From Clostridia bacterium (GTDB lineage: Bacteria; Bacillota; Clostridia; DUPQ01), in NCBI GenBank assembly GCA_016935835.1, contig JAFGQE010000025.1, positions 1-60,700 on the forward strand: 60,700 nucleotides of DNA, in the 5' to 3' direction. The position numbers and the translations under genes are program-made. Shown in pieces: positions 37,423 through 46,524 of this stretch; position 1 is the stretch's first letter, and every line of letters begins with the position of its first letter. The notes below the pieces were generated by a model that saw only the letters and a program-made list of their open reading frames with translations, had not been told where the DNA came from and ran no database searches.

Positions 37423-38829
37423 ATGATAGATAAAAGAAAATGGTTCGGGACAGAAATGCAACTGGAAGTGGAGGGACAGCATAATTCGCTTATACTGCCT
37501 CATCCGGAGATCCGTGATGACCTTGGCAGCGAACACCCTGATGCCCTGTGGTTCAGGAACGCCGGACTCGGTCTGTTCCTTCACTGGGGGATTTCAGCTG
37601 TGGACGGCAGGATTGATATATCATGGGGGATGCTGTCCTACGGAGAGTATGTCTCCAAAAAGAAAGGTGATGGGGGAAATCTTACAAAGGAAGACGAAGG
37701 TACGGTTTTGTCCGCGGATTTCAAGCTAAAGCCATCAAGATACTTTGCCCTTGCCAGGGATTTCAAGGCGGAGAAATACAATCCCGGGGAATGGTTGAAA
37801 ATGGCGAAAAAAGCCGGTTTCCAATATGCGGTTCTTACAGCGAAACATTGTGACGGTTTCATGCTTTGGCCAAGCGAATACGGTGATTATTCAACCAAAA
37901 TGTATCTTGGGGGCCGTGATTTGGTGAAGGAGTTCGTTGATGCATGCCGGGCCAATGACATCAAGGTCGGAATATACTTCACGCCCACGGACTGGTATCT
38001 GAACCAAAACCATATGTCCTTCATGCACTATATGGCGAGAAGGAATAATCCAAACTTGCCCGAGGTGGATGCGGATTTTATTCCAATGAAGATGCCCCCG
38101 GAATCGGAGATGGAACGACAGAAAAAGTTCCATGGCATCATGCACAGGGGACAGCTGCATGAACTTCTTTCGAACTATGGGAAAATCGATGTGCTTTGGT
38201 TCGACGGAGGGTCTCTAAAAGGCGAGGTATATCCCCTTGAGGATATATACAAGCTGCAGCCCGGAGCCGTGGTGACGACCAGGATGCACGGTTATGGCGA
38301 CTTCAAGAATTGTGAGGTCAAGTTCGCCGACCAGAAGCCGGCGGGATGGTGGGAATACTGTACGATATGGAGCAAAAGGCAGGCGTGGGCTTATACGAAC
38401 GATACCCAATACAGGCCAACGAATGAAATAATTACAGAACTGATAAAAACGCGAAACTGGGGAGGCAACTATCTTCTGAACATCGGACCTATGGCCAGCG
38501 GGGAATTTCCCCCTGCGGCTGTGGCAGGCTTGAAGGAACTGTCGGACTGGATGGAAAAGAACGGGGAATCAGTTCTGAATACGGAAGCCCTGCCGGATGG
38601 AGAGAAGTCAAATGTTTATGCAACCGCAGGAAAAGGAAGCAGATACCTGTTCATCATGCCTGGCTTTGAAGGGATTGCCTCTTTGTCCGGTATTTCGGTA
38701 CCCCGGTCCGTTGTCATTGCAGGCAGCGATGACCCGGTCGGCTATGGCTTTGAACAAGGTAAAATTTCAATAGATGCACGTGAAATAAAGAAAGCGAATG
38801 AAATCATAACGATTAAAATATGCCTTTAG
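37423..38829 (+). CDS. Alpha-L-fucosidase, GH29
   Basis: WFRNAGLGLFLHWGISAV, QYAVLTAKHCDGFMLWPS and LWFDGG are the GH29 signature blocks. No signal peptide. Confidence 0.88.
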   Translation: MIDKRKWFGTEMQLEVEGQHNSLILPHPEIRDDLGSEHPDALWFRNAGLGLFLHWGISAVDGRIDISWGMLSYGEYVSKKKGDGGNLTKEDEGTVLSADFKLKPSRYFALARDFKAEKYNPGEWLKMAKKAGFQYAVLTAKHCDGFMLWPSEYGDYSTKMYLGGRDLVKEFVDACRANDIKVGIYFTPTDWYLNQNHMSFMHYMARRNNPNLPEVDADFIPMKMPPESEMERQKKFHGIMHRGQLHELLSNYGKIDVLWFDGGSLKGEVYPLEDIYKLQPGAVVTTRMHGYGDFKNCEVKFADQKPAGWWEYCTIWSKRQAWAYTNDTQYRPTNEIITELIKTRNWGGNYLLNIGPMASGEFPPAAVAGLKELSDWMEKNGESVLNTEALPDGEKSNVYATAGKGSRYLFIMPGFEGIASLSGISVPRSVVIAGSDDPVGYGFEQGKISIDAREIKKANEIITIKICL

Positions 38830-38841
38830 GCAGCAACCACG

Positions 38842-38874
38842 GGCAGGGAATCATCCTTGGGATGATTCCCTGCC
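38842..38874. terminator. 14-bp perfect hairpin between the convergent fucosidase genes (candidate bidirectional terminator, no U-tract)
   Basis: ggcagggaatcatc / cttgg / gatgattccctgcc. Confidence 0.55.
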
Positions 38875-38889
38875 TGAAGGGTGATTTTT

Positions 38890-40188
38890 CTATTTGTATT
38901 CCTTGCCTCCGTGAAGCTGGGGATAACCGCTTGCAAATACATAAACAGGTTCTTCTGAAAATTCCATTACTATTACAGTTATTCCTGTCGTTGAATCCGG
39001 TGATTTTTCGGGCAGGTTTTTAAGGAGTATCCGATTATTTTTGTGCTCGAAATCTATGGGACGGCCATCTTTTAAAAATTTTACTGACTCCGGGGAATTA
39101 AGGTATCCGCCTATGGCCATCGAACCTTCTGACGGCCAGACCCAGTTCCAAAGGTAAACGGTATTGTCTTTTCGTGAAGCTCCGCAGACACCGTTGCCAC
39201 CAAATTTAAAATCCGGCCAGTTGCGGTTGCGAATGACCTTTCCATAAACGGCATCCCCGTTTTCCAAAAGCCATTTCCCGACGGTTGTCAATGGGGCGAC
39301 CGCATCGTCAGGGACTGAGCCATCGGGCTTGGGCCCTATGTTGAGCAGAAGATTTCCCCCGCCGTTTGCGCACTTATTAAGCATTTTTATAATCTGCTGG
39401 GGACTGTAGCTGTAATTGACGGTCTGCGCCGAGTCCATGTATCCCCAGCTCAGCCCGTTGAATGTCATGCAAGCCTCCCAGTCCTTGTCGGACGCCGTGA
39501 CATGTTCCTCGGGAGTGGAAAAGTCCTCATCCAGATAACTTCTGTTATTTATAAGGATATCAGGCTGAAGCGCCCTCATTCGCTGGTTCATTTCAAGTGA
39601 ATTCCAGCCTTCCCAGCTTGTGAGAGGACTGGCCACATCGTACCAGAGAATATCAATCTTGCCATAATTGGTCAGCAGTTCCGTATTCAGGGCCTCGATG
39701 TATTTGTTGAAACGATCCCTCGCATTTTTATCGAATGCGCATTTCCATGCATCAGGGTGGTGCCAGTCCATCAGGGAGGAATAAAAGCCAATTCCCAGCC
39801 CGAACTCCCGGCAAGCGTCGACAAACTCCCGGACGATGTCCCTCCCTGGACCATGGTTCACTGAATTGTATGGATTTGCCTTTGAATCCCAAAGGCAAAA
39901 GCCCTCATGATGCCTTGTTGTCATCACCATGTACTTCATCCCGGCTTTCTTCGCCAGGGCCGCCCATTCCCTTGGCGCGCCGGGTTTTGGATTGAATGTG
40001 TCGGCATATTTCTCGTATTCATCCAAGGGAACGTTCTCCTGTACCTGCGCCCACTCGTGGCGGCCGATCTGCGAATACAGACCGAAATGGATGAACATCC
40101 CGAACCTTGCCCCGCGCCACCATGACATACGCTTGTCGCGTGTTGCAGCCACTGATTCAACATAATCATTTTTACATAAAAGACTCAT
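38890..40188 (-). CDS. Alpha-L-fucosidase, GH29 (second, divergent copy)
   Basis: WWRGARFGMFIHFGLYS, KYMVMTTRHHEGFCLWDS and ILWYDV. AGGAGG lies 6 nt upstream of ATG 40188 (MSLLCKND). No signal peptide. Confidence 0.88.
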   Translation of the reverse strand: MSLLCKNDYVESVAATRDKRMSWWRGARFGMFIHFGLYSQIGRHEWAQVQENVPLDEYEKYADTFNPKPGAPREWAALAKKAGMKYMVMTTRHHEGFCLWDSKANPYNSVNHGPGRDIVREFVDACREFGLGIGFYSSLMDWHHPDAWKCAFDKNARDRFNKYIEALNTELLTNYGKIDILWYDVASPLTSWEGWNSLEMNQRMRALQPDILINNRSYLDEDFSTPEEHVTASDKDWEACMTFNGLSWGYMDSAQTVNYSYSPQQIIKMLNKCANGGGNLLLNIGPKPDGSVPDDAVAPLTTVGKWLLENGDAVYGKVIRNRNWPDFKFGGNGVCGASRKDNTVYLWNWVWPSEGSMAIGGYLNSPESVKFLKDGRPIDFEHKNNRILLKNLPEKSPDSTTGITVIVMEFSEEPVYVFASGYPQLHGGKEYK

Positions 40189-40328
40189 GATCAACCTCCT
40201 GAACAGATATTGATTCCTTATTGGATTATATCATAGTTATTATCAGCGTAAACCGGCCGGCACAGGATTTTGGAGATTCAGCCAATGACTCTGAAAATGT
40301 GATAATATGCTATTATACGAGGTAGATT

Positions 40329-40880
40329 ATGAAGGCATTTCTCACATGCGCAGGATTTGACAATGATAATCTGGTCACAATATTCGAGGACCTTTTGGGA
40401 CGGGGAACAAGCGGGCTGAAGGCGTTGTTTATTCCTACTGCACTGGATACTCCAAAAGCCAGGGAGTATGTCCCTGTATTTTTGGAGGACCTGTATAAAA
40501 TCGGGGTTGATGCTTCTAATATTGATACATATGATTTGAATGAACCATTTGATTCAAATAAGATCATTGAGTATGACATTGTATTTTTCTGTCCCGGGAA
40601 TCCCAGGTACCTCCTGGACAAAGTCAATGAGATGAATTTTGGTAAAACCCTTGAATATTTCCTCGAAAATGGCGGAGTTTATATAGGTGTTAGCGCAGGA
40701 AGCGATATAGCGGGCCTTAACCTTCCGAATAATCTCGGATACCTGAATGCCACGATAGAATGCCATTCCAAGGAGGGCCATGAGCCGGGAGAGCTTGATA
40801 CAGGTTCCGCCCCATTGGTTAAACTTACGGATAACCAGGCGATAGTAATAGATGACGGAAGGGTTGCTGTTGTAGAATGA
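40329..40880 (+). CDS. Peptidase S51 (dipeptidase E-like, class-I glutamine-amidotransferase-like fold)
   Basis: LKALFIPTAL..., DIVFFCPGNPRYLL..., YIGVSAGS (nucleophile-serine elbow)..., ECHS pattern of the S51 family. Confidence 0.7.
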   Translation: MKAFLTCAGFDNDNLVTIFEDLLGRGTSGLKALFIPTALDTPKAREYVPVFLEDLYKIGVDASNIDTYDLNEPFDSNKIIEYDIVFFCPGNPRYLLDKVNEMNFGKTLEYFLENGGVYIGVSAGSDIAGLNLPNNLGYLNATIECHSKEGHEPGELDTGSAPLVKLTDNQAIVIDDGRVAVVE

Positions 40881-40943
40881 TGGGGAACCTGAGGCATATA
40901 TGAATCAGGTAAAAAAGATACTATCAATAAAAAGGGCATTTCA

Positions 40944-42020
40944 ATGAAAAACAACGAATTCTATTTAGGCTGGCAGGTCGGGATCTCATATGAATCACCA
41001 GAACCCGAAGGTGCGGGATTGGATAAAATGCTGGGGCTTCTTGACGAAATGGCCCGGCATGAAATGAATCTCATCAGTCTGATGATGACAGGATATGCAT
41101 ATTTCGACCCGGGGCACGACGGCTTCTGCTGGCCCGTGAACAATGCCAGGCTCGAATGTCTGCGCGATGCAAATTGCCGCAATGCCAATGAGCGGACCGA
41201 GTTTGTTACAAAGGTCATCGAAATGGCGGCGGGCCTGGGGATTGATGTGCAGCTGTTCACCAATCTGGCAATATATAATCCCGGACGAGCAAGGGGTTCA
41301 TACCCCGGGGCCTGCGAACAGACAACAAGGAACGGTGAAGTATTCCGATGGCTGTTCTGTCCCGACAGCCACGATGCATGGCAGCTTGAAAAAGATGAAA
41401 TCATGGATCTGCTGGCATTTTATAACAAGGATGCGAAAATCCACAGCATAGGTTATGAACGGCTCAGTTATGCGGGCGGGTCATGTCATTGCAAATTCAC
41501 ACAGCAGGAATTTCACAAGGACACGGGCATGCGGCTTGAAAAGTTTCGGGATGACGACCCTTTTGTTGAAAAATGGAAAGCGGACAATATAACAGGGAAA
41601 ATTGCAAAACTGAACAAAATGATTAAAAGCAGCGGCAGCGGCATCGAGACCTGGCTTCATACCTCATGCGCCCCCGGCTGGGGCCACGATCCCAAAAGGC
41701 TGAAGGCGGCCGGTATAGACTGCGTGGTCCCGCACATCGCGCATTTCCCAATGAACCGGGGCGAGTTCAACGCACTTTTGGATGGCATAAGCCCAAATGA
41801 CATTGTCCTTCATTTTTGCGTGCGTAGCAGAGCTCTTCAAAACTACGGGATTTGGGAGAAAACACCCCGGATCATAGGTCAGATAGGCGAATGGATCCAT
41901 GAATATAGACGTGATAACGAAAATCTGAAGGGCATCCTCTTTTTTAATGAAAACACGGTCAGCGATGAAAACAGGGAAGCCGTTTACAGGCTGGCCGATG
42001 TCATTATGGAGAAGTCTTGA
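40944..42020 (+). CDS. Uncharacterised Cys-rich protein, possible GH-like TIM barrel (distantly similar to the core of the 698-aa protein)
   Basis: 358 aa with no signal peptide. MLGLLDEMARHEMNLISLMM parallels MLDEMAEYGCSVLILHM in 35316..37370. GGSCHCKFTQQEF parallels DELCLRCSEAYDY. The RBS is weak. Confidence 0.45.
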   Translation: MKNNEFYLGWQVGISYESPEPEGAGLDKMLGLLDEMARHEMNLISLMMTGYAYFDPGHDGFCWPVNNARLECLRDANCRNANERTEFVTKVIEMAAGLGIDVQLFTNLAIYNPGRARGSYPGACEQTTRNGEVFRWLFCPDSHDAWQLEKDEIMDLLAFYNKDAKIHSIGYERLSYAGGSCHCKFTQQEFHKDTGMRLEKFRDDDPFVEKWKADNITGKIAKLNKMIKSSGSGIETWLHTSCAPGWGHDPKRLKAAGIDCVVPHIAHFPMNRGEFNALLDGISPNDIVLHFCVRSRALQNYGIWEKTPRIIGQIGEWIHEYRRDNENLKGILFFNENTVSDENREAVYRLADVIMEKS

Positions 42021-42036
42021 TATTAAGCCAGTATGC

Positions 42037-43371
42037 TTATATGTTATTTTTAATAAAATCAGCCAATATTTCCTTAAAATTCGGAGAGCCGATTTCCTGC
42101 AGGTCGTAGTGCACCCTGGTGTTTGGCTTTTTAATATTGACAACCCTGTTCAAATCAATCGGCGTCGCTATAACGACTGAATCGCACTGTGCATTATCGA
42201 TTGTCGCCTCCAGGTCCTTGACCTGTTGCCCGCCGTATCCCATCGCGGGCAGCAATGCCCCGATGTTGGGATATATTTTGAAAGTATCCTTCAATTTTCC
42301 AACTATATATGGCCTTGGGTCGATGATCTCCGATGCGCCGCATCGCCTTGCGGCAACCGTTCCTGCGCCTATTTTCATTTCACCGTGCGTCAGCGTCGGG
42401 CCGTCTTCGATTACCAGAACCTTTTTGCCTTTTATAACTGCGGGGTCATCAACCCTTATGGAAGAGACCGCCTCAATTATTACTGCGCCGGGAGTTGCCG
42501 TTGAAATATTGTTTCTTACAGTTTGTATGTTTGCATAATCAGCCGTATCGATTTTATTTATAACCACAACATCGGCAATCCTGAGATTGACCTCGCCCGG
42601 GTAATATGAAAGTTCATGTCCCGGCCTGTGGGGATCCACGACGGTGACCATCAGGTCAGGGGCGAAGAACGGGAAATCGTTGTTTCCTCCATCCCAGAGG
42701 ATGATGTCGCAGCCGCCGGGATCATTTTCGGCTTGCTTTAGTATTTCCGCGTAATCAACTCCTGCATATATGACATTCCCCTTGGCTACATAAGGCTCGT
42801 ATTCCTCCATCTCCTCGATCGTGCACTGATACTTGTCAAAATCACCGACCGTTGCAAACCGCTGGACCTTTTGCTTCAAAAGGTCGCCGTAGGGCATCGG
42901 ATGCCGGACCGCGACAACCTTCAGTCCATTTTCCACCAGGATTTCCAGGATTTTTCTGGATGTCTGGCTCTTGCCGCAGCCTGTCCTGACTGCGCCGACT
43001 GCAATGACGGGCTTGGAACTTTTCAACATCGTTGCCTTTGTGCCGAGTAAAACGAACTGTGCGCCCGCGGAATTGACCCGGGCGCCAATGCCCATGACAT
43101 AACTGTACGGTATGTCGCTGTAGGAAAAGGAACAAACGTCGGCATCGAGTTCCTTGATCAGCCTTTCAAGGTCGTCCTGGGGATAAATGGGAATACCCGA
43201 TGGATATAATCCTCCGGCCAGCTCCGCCGGATATTTTCTGCCGTCGATGTCGGGAATCTGCGCGGCTGTAAAAGCCCGCACATTGTAAAACTCATTATCC
43301 CTGTAATACATGTTGAAATTATGGAAATCCCTTCCTGCGGCCCCGATGATGATGACGTTGATTTTTTTCAT
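42037..43371 (-). CDS. COG2403-type P-loop protein (cyclic 2,3-diphosphoglycerate synthetase-like predicted GTPase)
   Basis: MKKINVIIIGAAGRDFHNFN (Rossmann-like N-terminus) and Walker A AVRTGCGKSQTS. The length of about 445 aa and overall pattern recall the cpgS/COG2403 family. Start at 43371 after AAGGAA. Confidence 0.6.
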   Translation of the reverse strand: MKKINVIIIGAAGRDFHNFNMYYRDNEFYNVRAFTAAQIPDIDGRKYPAELAGGLYPSGIPIYPQDDLERLIKELDADVCSFSYSDIPYSYVMGIGARVNSAGAQFVLLGTKATMLKSSKPVIAVGAVRTGCGKSQTSRKILEILVENGLKVVAVRHPMPYGDLLKQKVQRFATVGDFDKYQCTIEEMEEYEPYVAKGNVIYAGVDYAEILKQAENDPGGCDIILWDGGNNDFPFFAPDLMVTVVDPHRPGHELSYYPGEVNLRIADVVVINKIDTADYANIQTVRNNISTATPGAVIIEAVSSIRVDDPAVIKGKKVLVIEDGPTLTHGEMKIGAGTVAARRCGASEIIDPRPYIVGKLKDTFKIYPNIGALLPAMGYGGQQVKDLEATIDNAQCDSVVIATPIDLNRVVNIKKPNTRVHYDLQEIGSPNFKEILADFIKNNI

Positions 43372-43801
43372 ATATTCAGTTCCTTTTTTGATTATATATC
43401 TATTGTCCTTCTTAACACCGGGCATGTCAAGTTTTTCGAAGGCGGTTACAGCCTGAAAAGAAATGAAAGGGCGAAGGAGAACGGGAATACTCAGATTATT
43501 GGCAGGCTGAGTCAGGCCGATGCAGTTTCAAAATCCTGTGAAAGCGCGGTGTTTGGTACTTCTTTCTGAGAAAAGCTTGCGCCTGAGCTTGTTGAAAATG
43601 TAAAATACGGATATGGACAACTCATTCTCAAGTTATTCAACAACCCCTGATTATTTGTAGCACTTATTTGCAAACCTGATTTTACATACAAAGAAAAGAA
43701 TATCAAATTGATGTAAGGCAGATGAAATCGGAGGATGACAATGACAAAGAGCGAAATATCAATAAAAGTATTGTTTAAATATATATCTGAGGAGGGCGGC
43801 C

Positions 43802-45112
43802 ATGAAACGTAGAACCATTGGATTATTGATTGCGGCTATCCTTGTCCCTGCACTATTGTCAATCACTTCCTGTTCTTTGATATCAAGAAACGAAATAGGC
43901 AGGGATGATTTCGTCCCGGATTTTTCACAGGAGAGGATGCTTGAAACAATTAAAATTTTATCTGCGGAGGATGGCGGCCGAATAGCTGGATTCGCAGGCG
44001 AGAAAGCTGCTGCGGAATATATCGCCAGGCAGTTCAGGGAGATAGGGCTTGAGGTCAGCGAGCAGAGTTTCCCTATAAAAGCCTTTACCTGCAATAATGT
44101 ATCCATTGATGTGATTTCAGACGCAAGCAAAAAAATCGAGGGCGCCAAGGCGCTGACATACAGTGCGGCGACTCCACCGGGAGGAATTGAGGCGGAGTTG
44201 ATTTCACTTGGCATGGGCACCGCGGATGAATACAAGGACAAGGATGCGAAAGGGAAAATTGCCCTTATACAGCGCGGAGGCGAATACTTTTACATTAAAA
44301 CAGGCAGAGCATATGAAATGGGGGCTGTTGCCGTGGTTTTTTATGATCCGGATGGCGGGGAAGCGGTTTCAGCGACGCTGACAAAGCTTTCGGCGATTCC
44401 CGCGATTAGCATTTCACATGCAAACGGTGAAATGCTGGAAAATTCAATCAAAGATGGCGATTCGGTTGAAATCAGGGTTATGGTTGACAGCATCACGGAA
44501 GATTCAACTTCCACGAATGTCATCGGCTTATATAAGGCGGCGAAAAACACCGGGGGAATGCGTGTCATTGTAGGGGCTCATTATGATGGGGTCGATACGC
44601 CGGCGGCGAATGACAATGCATCCGGCATAGCGGCGATCATTGAAATGGCAAGGGCCTTGTCAGAACAAAGGATTCCTCTTCCTTATGATGTCATGTTCGT
44701 TGCTTTTGGTGCAGAGGAAATCGGACTGGTCGGCTCGACAACTTTTGTAAACAGGATGAAGACTGAGGAAAAGGAGTCTGTTCTTGCTATGCTGAACCTG
44801 GACATGGTGGGCGTGGGTAATTCATTCGAACTATATACGGTTGACGAAGGCAGCTCAATCCGTTTTCGAGATATGGCAAAGGAAACATTGAACCAAATGG
44901 GCTATGACCCGGCGATTCTTGCAACGGACAGAAGCGATCATGCGCCTTTTGCATTCGCCGGCATTCAGGCGTTGTTCATCCAGGCCGGCCCATATGACGC
45001 ATACCATACGGATTTTGACACGCTGAGTGCCATACAGCCCGAGGTTCTTGTTAAAGTATGTGAGTTCGGGACAAGGCTGTTGGTTGATAAATTACCTCTG
45101 TGGGTTGAATGA
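43802..45112 (+). CDS. M28-family aminopeptidase with PA domain, lipoprotein
   Basis: Lipobox LLSITSC. The PA-domain region is GKIALIQRGG...AVAVVFYD. The M28 metal-site blocks are GAHYDGVDTPAANDNASGIAAIIEMAR, FGAEEIGLVGS and SDHAPF. Confidence 0.85.
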   Translation: MKRRTIGLLIAAILVPALLSITSCSLISRNEIGRDDFVPDFSQERMLETIKILSAEDGGRIAGFAGEKAAAEYIARQFREIGLEVSEQSFPIKAFTCNNVSIDVISDASKKIEGAKALTYSAATPPGGIEAELISLGMGTADEYKDKDAKGKIALIQRGGEYFYIKTGRAYEMGAVAVVFYDPDGGEAVSATLTKLSAIPAISISHANGEMLENSIKDGDSVEIRVMVDSITEDSTSTNVIGLYKAAKNTGGMRVIVGAHYDGVDTPAANDNASGIAAIIEMARALSEQRIPLPYDVMFVAFGAEEIGLVGSTTFVNRMKTEEKESVLAMLNLDMVGVGNSFELYTVDEGSSIRFRDMAKETLNQMGYDPAILATDRSDHAPFAFAGIQALFIQAGPYDAYHTDFDTLSAIQPEVLVKVCEFGTRLLVDKLPLWVE

Positions 45113-45268
45113 TCGGGAGTCGTTGAATAACACGGTGTTTTGGTTATTCAGCAAGGGGGCAGCCGGATAGATTTGAAAGATTCATAATGGCAGTTCTGAT
45201 GTGGCGCTTGATAATTGTAAATATGACGTGTATAATAAAAATAGATTTTAATTTACCCGGAGTTGACA

Positions 45269-46477
45269 ATGTATATAAAAAGACACCTTGAGAATATTGT
45301 TTTAAAAACCAGCGAGTCGTTTCCTGTTGTTCTTGTGACCGGTTCGCGGCAGGTTGGCAAAACCACAATGCTGACTAAAATTGCCTCATCCGGCAGGAGA
45401 TACATCTCTTTGGATGATCCGCTGGCCAGGGAACTTGCAAAAAGCGATCCCGGATTGTTCATTCAACGATATGCCCCGCCGGTTTTGATTGATGAGATTC
45501 AATATGCGCCTGAGTTGCTCATCCATATCAAAATGCATGTTGATAAAAACAAAAGGATGGGTGATTTCTGGCTTACCGGGTCACAGGCATTTCATATGAT
45601 GAAAGGAGTAAGTGAAAGTCTGGCGGGAAGGGTAGGCATATTGAACATGACGGGCTTATCATACAGTGAAATTGCCTGCAGGCCCAACAAAGTCTTTTTG
45701 GCTGAACCGTCAGGGTTTCACGACAGGGTAATCAAAGACGATAATCTTCGGAAGGTTTTCAACAGGATACACAAAGGGGCGTTCCCGGCACTATATGAAA
45801 GGAAGCAGGAACCGGAAATATTTTACTCCTCATACATCAATACATATGTGCAAAGAGATATCAGGGACCTGACCCAGGTTGCTGATGAATTGTCCTTCAT
45901 ACGATTTTTACAGGCATGCGCCGCACGGACCAGTAAGATGGTAAACTATTCAGAACTGGCCAAGGATGCAGGCATCAGTTCTCCGACGGCAAAGCAATGG
46001 ATGTCAATACTCATATCATCAGGAATCGTGACATTGGTTGAACCATACTTCAATAATGCACTGAAGAGAATAGTGAAAGCTCCCAATATGTATTTTATGG
46101 ATACCGGTTTATGCGCATACCTGACAAGATGGACAAACCCGGAAGCCCTGGAAGTATCGGCCATGGCAGGTGCTTTTTTGGAAACATATGCTGTCAGCGA
46201 AATAATGAAAAGTTACATTAATGCAGGCAGGAGGCCGCCGGTTTTTTATTACCGGGATTCAGATCAAAAGGAAATAGACCTTATATTGGAAATCAACGGA
46301 ACACTATATCCGATTGAAATTAAAAAAAGCACAAACCCCGGCAAGAACTCAATCCGGCACTTCAGTGCTTTGGAAAAAACCGGTATGAATATTGGCGGGG
46401 GAACGGTCGTCTGTCTGTGCAATGATATTGTACCGGTTGACAGGAACAATTCGTTCCTTCCTATCAGTGTCATTTAG
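45269..46477 (+). CDS. AAA_14-type ATPase with C-terminal DUF4143 (PD-(D/E)xK-like) domain
   Basis: Walker A VTGSRQVGKTTML, Walker B PVLIDEIQ, and the C-terminal block YYRDSDQKEIDLILEINGTLYPIEIKKS (D...E-x-K arrangement). Confidence 0.8.
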   Translation: MYIKRHLENIVLKTSESFPVVLVTGSRQVGKTTMLTKIASSGRRYISLDDPLARELAKSDPGLFIQRYAPPVLIDEIQYAPELLIHIKMHVDKNKRMGDFWLTGSQAFHMMKGVSESLAGRVGILNMTGLSYSEIACRPNKVFLAEPSGFHDRVIKDDNLRKVFNRIHKGAFPALYERKQEPEIFYSSYINTYVQRDIRDLTQVADELSFIRFLQACAARTSKMVNYSELAKDAGISSPTAKQWMSILISSGIVTLVEPYFNNALKRIVKAPNMYFMDTGLCAYLTRWTNPEALEVSAMAGAFLETYAVSEIMKSYINAGRRPPVFYYRDSDQKEIDLILEINGTLYPIEIKKSTNPGKNSIRHFSALEKTGMNIGGGTVVCLCNDIVPVDRNNSFLPISVI

Positions 46478-46524
46478 ATTCATTGTCAGATAGCGGACAG
46501 AATAACAGGTAAAAGGAGAAAATA

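Noticed and set aside
45176-46490. A short shared string (agattcat, plus gatag nearby) on both sides of the AAA_14/DUF4143 gene, as possible target-site duplication of an inserted cassette.
   Set aside because: An 8-mer match in AT-rich DNA is expected by chance. There are no terminal inverted repeats and no recombinase.
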